NCBI GenBank assembly: GCA_965649765.1
Contig: OZ287751.1
Span: 57,040,001 to 57,104,000 of the forward strand
From: Bispira polyomma
Lineage: Eukaryota
Reading direction: 5' to 3'
Length of the DNA stretch: 64,000 bases
Part shown: positions 36,501-48,500 of the stretch, piece by piece
How positions within the stretch are numbered: the first letter of the stretch is position 1
Layout: every line of letters starts with the position of its first letter
Made by a program: the position numbers and the translations under genes
The notes under the pieces: generated by a model
Told to the model about the DNA's origin: nothing
Seen by the model: the letters and a program-made list of their open reading frames with translations, nothing else
Database searches by the model: none

Positions 36501-39500
36501 GAAAGATATGAATAGTAAATGTTTTCCTTTCCTGAGATCCTGGGTACGTTTGAGGTAATGTCTCAGAGATCTCACAGGGCACAATGTGATGTCCTCAACT
36601 AAGGTGTCATCCAAAAATGGACTCAACGCTGGGATGACCACAGGCTTGATGGTGTCCGGACCCTGGGAAGCCAACTGGTTTTTAGCTAAAAAGACTGGTG
36701 GGGAGCTACTGTGACCTCTTTCCAGTGTGGTTTATGTTTGAGTGATTTAAAGGTCCAGGCATGTATTTCACCTTTTTTTTTTGCCAGAGGCTAAGGCCAT
36801 CAAAAATACCGTTTTGAAGGTAACAAGTTTCAGGGACGCCTCTTTAATCGGTTCAAAAGGAGGCTTAGTTAAAGCCAATAGTACCAATGATAGATCCCAA
36901 CTAGGTATACCTCTGTCTTTGGTAGGTTTGTCCCTATAGAAGCTAGCTAGAAGTCTGTTCAGATCAAGACTTTTTGAGACTTCTAGTCCTGAGGTGCCTA
37001 AATGATCTGCAATAGCAGTTCTGTATCCGGCTATTGTAGGAGGTTTGAGATTTCGTTTCTGAAACAGGAATAGTAAGAAATCTGCTATTTGAGCTATACT
37101 AGCTGAGGAGCTGACCACCTTATTCTCTGAAGCCCATTGTTCAAATAAGGCCCACCTTGATTCATACACTCGTCTAGAGGATGGTCTCTGAGGTGCCTTA
37201 ATTCGTTCTTCCACTGATCTGGAAACCTGGGATTCTGTTGGCATGGAGATTCCAGTATCCAGACATGGAGATTTAGATATGGCAGGTTTTGGTGATATTG
37301 GAGGCCGAATGGTTGCTTTAGAAGATGAGGCCACTGAGGTATTAGAAGTGGTGGTCTTATCGATAGGTCCACTAGATCCCAAAACCAAGTCATGCCCGGC
37401 CATCCCGGGGCTAGGACCATTATCCGACACTGGTAAGTCAGAACTTTCTGAACCAGCTTGGGTAGAAGAGGTACTGGACAAAAGGCATAGCCGTCCAGAC
37501 CCTCCCAGGAGATATTCAATGCATCTACCTCCAGGGCATGGGCATCTGGTATTGGGGACACACACAGAGGTAGCTTGTGATTTTTGGATGTAGCAAACAG
37601 GTCTACTTGTGGAGTGTATAAGCTTTGACATAGGAGCTTGAACATTTTTGGGTGTAAAGACCACTCGGTCTGAATTATTTTGTCTTTCCGAGATAGGCTG
37701 TCTGCTATCACATTCAGTGACTCCTGTATATGACGGGCTCGAACCCTGATCTTTCTGGGGTTGCAGAATGCCAGTATCCGCCAAACCATGAGACACATTT
37801 CTAGTGATCGAGTGCCGCCTTGTTTGTTCAGATATGACACGACGGACGAGTTGTCTGAGGCTATTAGAACTCTTTGTTGCCAAACTTGGTTTTGGAAAGT
37901 TTTTAGAGCAAGATAGACTGCCTTTAGTTCTAGCAGGTTTATATGTAAGCCTCTTTCTAGACTTGACCAGCGGCCACTGGCGGTCAATTCGCCTAGATGT
38001 GCCCCCCAACCTGTGTTGGATGCGTCTGTGAATAGAAGAAGATTGTGCTCTCTTGGATGCAAATCTTCTCCTATCATGACATTCAAGGGGTCTTCCCACC
38101 ATTGAAGATGGTTCCTTAACTGGGCTAAAACTGGGATCTGCTTGTCCAAAGACTGGGGATGTTTCCAATGGGATTTTAGGTGCCACTGGCAAGGTCTCAT
38201 ATGTAGCCTGCCAAAGGGTACTGTTTTTTCCATGCTGGCCATCATGCCTATCAAGAACATTAGTATTCTGGGAGTAATGACCTTGGAGTTTTTGACCTTG
38301 TTCACTAGAAGCAAGAGTTTCGACCATTTCTTTTCGGTTGGTTTGACTAAGCCCGCCTTTAAATCGAAATGGTACCCCAGGAAATCGATCACTTGAATGG
38401 GCTGGAGTTCTGACTTTTCGAAATTGATTAGCCAGCCCATTTGTTGCACTATTGAAATCATCTTCGATATCTGTATTCGACTCTGTTCGAGAGATGGGGA
38501 TCGAATTAACCAGTCGTCTATATACTGGTGAATTCTGATTCCTTGTGACTGTAGTACTAGCTTTGTTTCTTTCACGACCCGTGTAAATTCTAGTGGGGCT
38601 GTGGCAATGCCAAACGGAAGCGCCTGGAACTGATAAGACTGTTGATCGACATTGAATCGCAGGAATTTTTGAGAATTTTGATGGATCGGTATATGGAAGT
38701 AGGCGTCTGTTAGATCTATGGACGCTACCCACGCCCCTTTTCTCAGTGAACTGCGAATAACCTCTGCCGTCTCCATCTTGAATGTTGGGACATGGAGATT
38801 TCTGTTTAACACACTCAAATCGATCACTGGCCGCCATTTTTTCAACGGTTTGGGTACTAGAAATAGTCGGCTGTAAAACCCTAACGTTGTAGAATGTTTT
38901 ACCTTGCAAATCGCTTGTTTTTCTAGCATTTGAGCCACACATTGTTTGAGAAAAGCCTGCTTCTCTTTGTCTTTGTAACCGCTCAAAACATCCGGGTTTC
39001 TGGTTAACGACACTCTTATTTGCGGCAATATTTGGTACCCGTATCTCAGAATTTGCACAACTCGGGGATGGCACTTTAAATTTTCCCATACCTGCCAGTA
39101 GTCTGCTAAACGGCCCCCACCAGATCCTTGATTGTCACGTACGCTGTCCACTGCCCCTTGCGCCTCGTGTGCTGGTATGAGTCTGGTACCCCGTGGACTT
39201 CTTGAAATCGCTTCCACGCCCTTTCGACCAGTTCTGGGTCTGATTCGGCTTGAATGTCGAACTTTTACTGTGGTAAGTCTGTGGGTAACTTTTGTTGTAA
39301 GACGCCTTGGAATCAGAGTATCTGGGTCTTTTTGGAGAAGGTTGTTTAAATCTGGCTTTCGCCTGCTTCTTCTCAATATCATTTAAGGTGGTAGGATTAA
39401 AAAGATCAGCAGTGAGGAAACCCTTCCTCCTCAGTCTGTTATAGTCATGTTCGTCCAAGGGTGAACAGCATGTCTTTAATAGAATCTCTGCAGGCTAACT

Positions 39501-42500
39501 GTAAGTTGCATGCCAATGCAATGGACGTGTCCACTGTTGTCTCCAGTGCTTTGTCCACTGACCCCAAAATGGCGCCAGCAATTTGGAGGTTATCGCCCAC
39601 CTTGATAGTACGTCTGGTGGCCTCATCATCCTTTACTAAATCGGCCAAAGCCAGTACATTTGCGTTAGAATCGGAGATCGTCTTGTCTAATGCCCTTACA
39701 AAGTGAGATACATAGCTCAGTACCTGTACGTTCTCTCTTAACACCGTCTCCATTTGGGCGACCTGCCTCATAGGAATATGGACATTAACCGGCTGTGTGG
39801 TGTTTTTCGCCGTGATGCATTTGAAGGCGTCCTGACACTTCGGCGCTGTGGTGGAAAATGCATTAGAGGTCGATCGGTAGAACCTCATGGCTGGTCTCGA
39901 GTAGTTGATAAAACTACCTCTGTTGATGGGCGTAGAATCGAGAACTTCAGTGTTCTTAGGATCGGGACGTCCCGCAGCCAGGTCCTCATAAAACTTCCAA
40001 CGAGCCACTACCTCGTCAACAGGCGGCAGAGTAAGGGGAAGAGTAGGTTGCTTCTGATTTCTCTCTCTGTTACCAAAGATTTTGGCAGGTCTTTTGGATG
40101 TTTCTGACGGGGTCTCCAGCTCCAGCAAGGATCTCACTGTCCCCAAAAGCTGTTTATAAGAGGGGTCCTCCTCTTTGTCCCACACGTGGTCACTCTCATT
40201 CGTCTGCCCCACCTCCATGGGTGACTCAGATCTCTTCCTCCTTCGTCTGGAAGACTGGACCTCTTCTTCGGATTCTTCCCTCGAGAAAGTAGTGGTTTTT
40301 GAGGACTTGCCTCTCCCCTCTACTTTCTCCAACCTCTGAGAAAGGTGACCTAGCTCCGCTAGAATCAGCTGCAGCGAATCATCTTTCTTCCTGGCCTTAG
40401 GAGATGCTTCATCCAGAAGCTTGTCATCAAAGGCATTAGCAGCCTGAAGCTTGTGAAACTTCAACCTCTTAGCTTGAAGACGTCTGGTCTGGTCCGTCGT
40501 CATCTGCATACACACATAGCAATCCTCAGGACTGGAAGACACACAGACATCCGCACCAAGACCCTTCTCCCTGCATGTAAGGCAATGACCATGGTGGTCA
40601 AAATCATACACTTCATGTCCACACTTCGGAGCAAGCCTCTGACAGGAGACGGAAGAAATCAGTTCGTTTTCCGCCATAATACAGTAAATACTCAGAAAAA
40701 AAAAATAAAACCCTATCTCAAAACCGGTCAATATGGAAAATTGGCCGAGCAAAATGGCGGTCAGTGTTCACCGACGACCAAAATGAATCTGAGGCGTGCA
40801 AGCACCAAAAGAAGTGAAAACACTTCCAGCGCATGCGCGGGCCTCGTTGTCGAGAGACAGGTAAAAATTAAGAAACAAGAATAGTCTTATAAAAAAGACT
40901 TTTGGTCGAGCAATTATTCAAAATGAATAAAAGCACTTAGTGAGGATAAGGTAAGGATATTTATCGCAATAAAACTGTATCATTAATTGTGCTATCTATA
41001 ATAATAATATGCAAGCACAGGAGAACCTCTATTATCCGACTCTCTATTATCCGATTATTCAAATTTAAGGACTCAATTTTACTCTTCCAAATTTATTTTT
41101 TGCTAGGTTTAATACTAAAGTGCCACTTCTATGTTACGGACCTTTTACTATCCAAACAAATTCTCACATTTCCAAGATGTCCGTAAAATAGAAGTTCTAC
41201 TGTATGCTTAAGGGGTTGGAGATAGTTTAGACATCTATTTCTCGTATTGATGGAAACCTTGGACTATAGAAATGAATAATCTGATAAACATATACATATT
41301 TTCAACGTATGCTATTATTGCATATCACAGCAATGTCATAATTATATATTAATGACAGGAAAAACCCGTGTTATAAGAGTATTGTTCAGCACAGTGGAAA
41401 CACCCAGGTTTTCATGCGCAATACTAGGTAATAGAGCTTTTATTGTTCCTCAGACTTTCAAGAATGTAGTACAAACTTACTTTTTACAAACTAAAACATT
41501 ATGTAAGACGTAATTGATAGATAAAAAGTAAAAGTATCAACTTTGTAATTTAAACTTAAACTAAAATGTGTTAAAAAGGTGTGATATGGTAAACCACAGG
41601 AGCTGAGAATTATGTACAAGAATTGTACTTCATTTTAGTCAACCGGTTCTTGCTTTTGAATTCAACAAACTGCTTCAGAATCCAAACCGAATAAACAGTT
41701 ATTAGTTGGTATGCCATCTTCTACACTACAAAGTCTTCACCTTTCTCTGACTGGTAGACAGCATTTTGACCACTGAACCTTTCATCTTGGGACTAGAATC
41801 TTCACTATCAGACTCTGAACTACTGGAACTCCCTGAACCCCTGGCAGATACAGATTTGGACCTACTCTTGCGTAGTTTCTTCTTTGCCGACCTTGGAGGT
41901 GACCTTGATTCGTCATCGGATGAACTCGATGTTCTACTGAGTTAAGAAACATGTACAATGCCAGACAATACTCTTCAATAAGATACAGTAACAACTCTAT
42001 TACCCAAACTTCTATTACTTGCATATTTGACAAACGAACACACTTTCACTCTTTCGAATTTGCATTATTCTATTATTATATACTAAATTGCCTCTTTTAC
42101 ATTATGAAGTTTGCTCTCCAAATATGTTTGGAAACCAGAGGCTTTACTGTATGTGCAGATGACTATTATTCTACTTTTTCGCTGTGCCAGACTACATAAT
42201 TACTACACGTAAAGTAAGCAGTAGACCCTATATTGTCTGAACTTCTATTGTCAAAATACTCATTTGCACTCTCTCAGATTTATGTTTTCCTATTATTTTG
42301 TACTTAAATACCTCTTCTATTTTATGAACCTTTCTATTTATCAATCCAAATACTCTTATTAGGAAAGACTGATACAGTCACAAACATAAACTTAAACCTA
42401 CCTTGATCTTGAAGATGTCCTTGACCTTCTACTCCTCTTCCGAAAGTCTACAATAAATCTCAACCACATTAAAATGGGTTCCAAATGTACAACAACGAAC

Positions 42501-45500
42501 ATTCCCAATTGATTTAAATTTAGAATGAATAAAGGTCGAGTCACATCCTTATGAATCATTCTTATAACAAATAAGGTTTTTTATCCGAACTAAAAAAGGT
42601 TAGAAACATTATGGAATGTTCACAAAATCGACACAAAGTGTACCTTCTGTTTCTGTTGTAAAAGTACTAGTAAGCTACTGTGGCATAGCAACACACTCAC
42701 TTAGGATCACATAGGTTTGAACCAGTCTAGGGTTCCCAGGTGCAGGCAGATATATAGTGAAATAAAGATTTAAACTGGTTGTCCTCCATCATTGGGTGCT
42801 ACCCCCAGTGGTAGACTAAAGAACCTTGGGAACATAAATATTTGGTCATCTTGCAGTTCCTGTCTTTAGTTAGTGCGCAAGTTGTACCTCAAATGATAAG
42901 GACGAATGAAGGATACAGAGCAGATTTAGCAGGATTGTTCACTTAACAGTATAGCTAAAAAGGAAATTGACAAAACAGAATTCTAAACAAGCCGTATATG
43001 CTCTCTCAAGACTTTCTTTCTACAATTTTGTTCAAATTCAACACCTTATTATCACAAGGCCAGATTTAGTGGTGAAAGAAACCAGTGCTAAAGCACTGTA
43101 AACCTGTAAACCACAGACCTACGTTGAGTACCGGGCAAACTATTTCACAGGAAGGCCCAAACGGGATTCAAACCCACATTGGTGAGAGGCAATTGATTGT
43201 GAAGCTAACGCTTCTAGCCACCAGGCCACCGGGGCTCTTTCTACAATCATTACCTGTGTTATCCTGATGTCTTTCCCTTTCTTCCTTTACATCAGTTTTG
43301 TTCTCTACTTTTGACATTTTCATAGCCACCTTATCTTCCTTCTCATGCTCATCATCACTGGTCTTCTTGTTACCCTTCCCTTCACCTATTGGACTCCCTT
43401 TCACTTCATCTGTTCTACCCCATTTGTCTCTAACCTCTACTTTTCCTTGGTCTTTATCAGTCCTTGCCTCCTCCTCCATCTTCTCATCTTTCTTCCTCTC
43501 CTGCATCTCACTTTCTTTCTCAGATGGTTTTGTCACATCCTTTTCCTCCTGTCTACCCATTTCTTCCTTTCCTACTACATGTTGCCATTTATTCCCCTTG
43601 CCATGCTGCACTAAATGACCCTTGACATCATCACCTCTCTTCTCTTTACTCTCTCCACTCTTACCAGTGGCTTCTAGCTTCTCTTTCTTTGAATCTTCAC
43701 TTTTCTGTCTATCAAGGGATTTCTTTCTTGCAGTTTCTACAGGTTTCTCGTCAGTTTTAGGATCTCCTTGCTTGCTTTTCTCACTTTTTCGTTTATCGTC
43801 TTTTATTTCTTCCTCCTCCTTACTTTTTCTTTCAGGTTTTCCATCTTTGTTCTTTTTGTCAGGAGAATTAATTTCTTCCTCCTTTCTTTTTTTATCTGTT
43901 TTACTTGCTTCCTCACTACTTTTCCTGTCCAAATCTTTGGTTTTTCTATCTGACTTTGTTTCCTCATCTTTGCTTTTACTATCTACTTTTCTTTCCTCAT
44001 TTTTGCTTTTGATATCTAGTTTTCTTTCTTCATCTTGGCTTTTTCTCCTATCTACTTTTCTTTCCTCATCTTTGCTTTTGCTTTCTACTTTACTCTCTTC
44101 ATATTTGCTTTTGCTATCTGCTTTTCTTTCTTTATCTTTGCTATCAAATTTCCTTTCGTCATCTTTGCTTGTGCTCCTTTCTACTTTTCTTTCACCATAT
44201 TTGTTTTTGCTATCTGTTTTTCTTTCATCATATTTGCTTTTGCTATCTAGTTTCCTTTCATCATCTTTGCTTTTGCTGTCTAGTTTCTGTTTATCATCTT
44301 TGCTTTTGCTATCTAGTTTCCTTTCATCATCTTTGCTTGTTCTCCTTTCTACTTTTCTTTCTTCATCTTTACTTTTACTCCTATCTGTTTTTCTTTCCTC
44401 ATCTTTATGCTTCGTATCTGTTTTAATTTCACCATCTTTGCTTTTCCTATCTGTTTTAATTTCATCATCTTTGCTTTTCCTCTCTACTTTTCTTTCCTCG
44501 TCTTTATGTTTCCTATCTGCTTTCACTTCCTCATCTTTGCTTCTTACATCGACTTTTCTTACATCGTCTTTGCTTTTTCTATCTCTTTTTGTTTCTGTAT
44601 CTTTGCTTTGCCCATCTACCTTTGTTTCTTTATCAGTACTTTCTCCATCTCTCTCAGTATTATGCTTGTCACGTTTTGCAACTTCAGCCTCTCCTGATTT
44701 CATACTGCCATCTCCATTTCTCATCTCAGATTCTTTAGACTTCTTTGAACCTTTGACAGATTCTTCTCTGTCTCCTCTTTCCTTCTCATGACTACCTTTC
44801 TTGCCTTCCCTCTCTTCCACATCGTTTTTACTGGCTTTCTGTTTTTCCTCATGAGATGAGGGTTTATCATACTTTTTCTCAACCATTTTGTCCTTTTCTT
44901 TTGAAGAAGCTTTCTTTTCATCTTCTGGTAACTTCTTTGCGTCTTTCAATAGAGCATGTCTAGTTTTATGAGATGAAGCATCACCAGTCTCTGTGGACTG
45001 TCTGGCTTCTTTATCAGTGTGATCAGATGACCTCTTATCACCTTTAAACTCCTCGGTTTCCTTGCTCAAATTTGCTAAATAAAATAACAAATACTGCTTA
45101 TTAGTAGAGCTCAGGTAATTATTAAAGGATCGAGTAGTGTAGTAAGCAGCGTACAAAAAAAAGTACTTATTTTCTAGCCCAAATCTTCTAAATTTATGAT
45201 AGAATAAGCATTAGATTGGCTTTTTCTTACCATGGCCAATTTTACCACTCTATAAAATTTAACAAATTTTCACATTCTTTTTCACATTGGAGTTTTCTTA
45301 TGAAATAGTAAAGTAATAGTGGAACAGTGCTGAAACACAAAAATTGTTGGTTTTAGCCCTACTACTGAGGGAATTGTTTAATTAATGTTATTATGCCGAG
45401 GGCATTGTTTAATTAACGTTATTATGCTGAGGGCATTGTTTAACTTTATTATGCTTTCCCATCTGCCGTAACTAAGTTCAAATACATAATATACAATACA

Positions 45501-48500
45501 ATGTCTGGATAGACTTTGATAGGACACATACACAAATGACCAAATAAAAGATAACTAAAAAGTTAAAATAGAAAGCTATGTATATTGTTTATCGCACTAT
45601 ATTTTATTCAGTTTAATCCAATGTGAGGTTATTTAGATAAACTTTGTCTATTATGGCCCATTAGAGCCGATAGTCAAAACAAAAATATTTAAAAAATTGC
45701 GGGACATCATTTGTTTGGTTAATCCAGATTTTTGAACGCATACATTTCCATGAACAGTTGAAGACCTGTAAGTAGAACTTAAAGAGACAAGGAGGAATAC
45801 CTGCACTTGAGCCAGATTTCCACTTAACAAGTTAGAATTTAAAGGAAAAGGCCTTTGTGGGACTACAAATATTTTTCCACCTAAAAGAGAAATTGAGTTA
45901 ACAGAGTTCTACCTAACAGGGTTCAACTGTATTGTGCAACTGCCAAGTGCAGACTTACATTTCTCACTCTTACCACTGGGAGACAACATGCCGGTCTTTG
46001 TGTCCTCACTCTCTGAAGTAGAAGTTTGACTTTCTGACTCGCGCCGAAATTTTTCTACAATAACACACACAAGAATAACTTTAATGGCGAGTTATCACCA
46101 AATAGTTTACACTTGTTATAAGAATTACAACAATGCGAATGACCAAATGTTAAACTACCAATAGAACCTACTGACCCATGCCCGAGATTCAGTCTGTAAA
46201 ATCTGCCATCTCTTTCGGGATAGATTATCACTTAGCCTGTGCTTCCATTTAGCCGATCCTGATGATTTTATTGATAAGTTTCTATGTCAGACGTCGGCTG
46301 ATTTATGCCTCCATGCAGCTGATAAAAATATGTTTCTGTGTGTTACATTTCATTGGAATCATATTATGAACAGACAAATTTCACAAAAGCACCCAACCTC
46401 CCAATTTTGTATTGCTTCCAGATCAATAAATTCTGAAGGTAGAACACAGACAACCGCCGGCATCTTATCGGATCTGACGCAAATCTGATGAAAGAAGCAC
46501 TTCATAACATGAAATAGTGACCGAATAAATTTGGTCAACATCGACTTAAACGAAGCGTAGGCTAACCGAATAGTGCCTTCTACAGAAGTAACAAGCTATT
46601 ATTAGTATCATTTATTGATCATAGAATAACAGAATATTTTTAATACACTTTTTTTTAATATCAATAGAGCTTGCTGGAGTATCAGTATTGAAATATTTAA
46701 TACTACACCTTATATGCATTCTTTTACATTCATATCTAACCATAGGCCATAATTTGTCAGTTTGGTGCAAATTATTTAGTTGAAAATTTACTGACCACTG
46801 AAACCGGAAGTGCTGTTTAGTATGTGACTGGGACTATCAAACCCCTAAAAATCTGTATGTACACCATACTCATTGAAACAATCTATATATGCCCATTCTG
46901 ATTGGTGACAAACAATAAAACCTGGTTTGATGTTAATGTTATGTGAAAGTGTTACCTTCTTTAACACTTTACAATCAATGTCCAGGGACCCTATGTAGGC
47001 TTCTAACCGGTACCTAACAATCACCATCCAGTAGATCTCACTATTGATGTACATATTTCAAAATCGACACCAATACAAGAAGACAAACCTTCTTGAACAC
47101 GGCGTTTGTCATCCTGAGACCTCTGTAGGAGTTCCTTTCTCTTCATCATGTACTGCTGAATGAGTGGACTTTGGGTCTCATTGACATTTACTGTAGGGGC
47201 ATCATCTAAAACAGATATTGTAATGTAGTTAGACAGCAAACCCTACTAAAATCAAGACTTCAAAAGAAAGTGTTTTAGTAGTACTTCATTCAATATTACA
47301 GCAAGACAAATTTAATAGCACTCTATATAAAAGGCCTTTCTCTCTGTAAAATTTTTTAGAACTATTAGTCTTAGTATAGACATTTCAGTTAGGTACAAGC
47401 ATTAGTAAGGGTGTTTAGCAAGAAATAACATTAAAAGAGCTTAAAATCACAAGACAAATTAAAACCCCACTTTAAGTTCAGTGTTGTTCAACTATAACAA
47501 GCAACAAAAGGTTAAGATTTAATGTGGTTACTTAATATTGATATACTTGTACACATACCTTCACCTTGACTTTCATTGGCTTCTTCTCGTAATTTTTCTA
47601 GTTGTAATTGCTGTACGAAATACAAAATAGAAAAGATGTAGCAGAAAAACGTACATGTAACTGCCGTTACTCTCATTCACAAAAATATACAATTTCAAGT
47701 ACACATTCAGTCTCTACTGTTACAGGCTTTCAGAACTGCCTCAATAGTTTCTGTCAAATCTATACTTCCTTATTAGTGATTTTTTTTTTTGAATTAGGAT
47801 ATTTAACATCTACTCTAGTGCCTGTTTAGGTTATTTTGGGACGGGTATACAAAAACGCTGGAGGAAACACTGCATACAGTTGATCAAGATTCTGCATTGA
47901 AACCAGCGGCCCACAGTAAGAAACTACCACCTTTCCCACACAGGCATCCATGGGAGTCAAACACACGCCAGCCAATCCCAAAGGTGAGAGACCAGTGATT
48001 GTGAAGCACAATGCTTGCTAAATATTTATACTGCTATAATTATCTACTGATCTGAGTTACTGATTAGTACTTGGATAACTGGTCCTCCATGATATTTATA
48101 CACATTACTAAATGTATTGTTGTACATAAATAAATCTCGACTACTTAAGGTCATTGTTGAATTGACTGTTTTAATTTAATAAGTCCCTTCAGGCTTACAC
48201 TATTTAAACACACACCCAAAAACTAATTAAGATCTTAATGTGGAATAATGGACATTACCCATACATCTGCAAATGCACAAACAGTGTTATTCTAGCTAAC
48301 AAACCAAACGACTGAAAGCTACATCTAGGATATAGTACACAAGGAAGTAAAAGGCAATGGGATTTTAAATTTATTTATAAAGGTTCACCGTATTTTCGGC
48401 CTATTAAGCAAATAATTAACACTTGATGTTTAATTGTTATGCAGGCTATTATTCCATATTTAAGTTTTGAAATAAATTGATATTGGTTTACTTTAATAAG

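Larger units (their letters stand above)
35125..40974 (-). mobile_element. Full-length DIRS1-type tyrosine-recombinase retrotransposon in ACIN1 intron 7 (same orientation as host gene)
   Basis: Inverted terminal repeats 35125-35345 and 40778-40974, ICR 35396-35497, gag, RT/RNaseH/MT and an overlapping YR ORF. Confidence 0.97.

Noticed and set aside
37243-40884. Plus-strand ORFs within the DIRS element
   Set aside because: Antisense to gag/RT/YR, with no independent motifs
43298-44791. Long Ser/Leu/Phe-rich plus-strand ORFs (up to 389 aa)
   Set aside because: Antisense shadow of the K/D/E-rich ACIN1 exon 5
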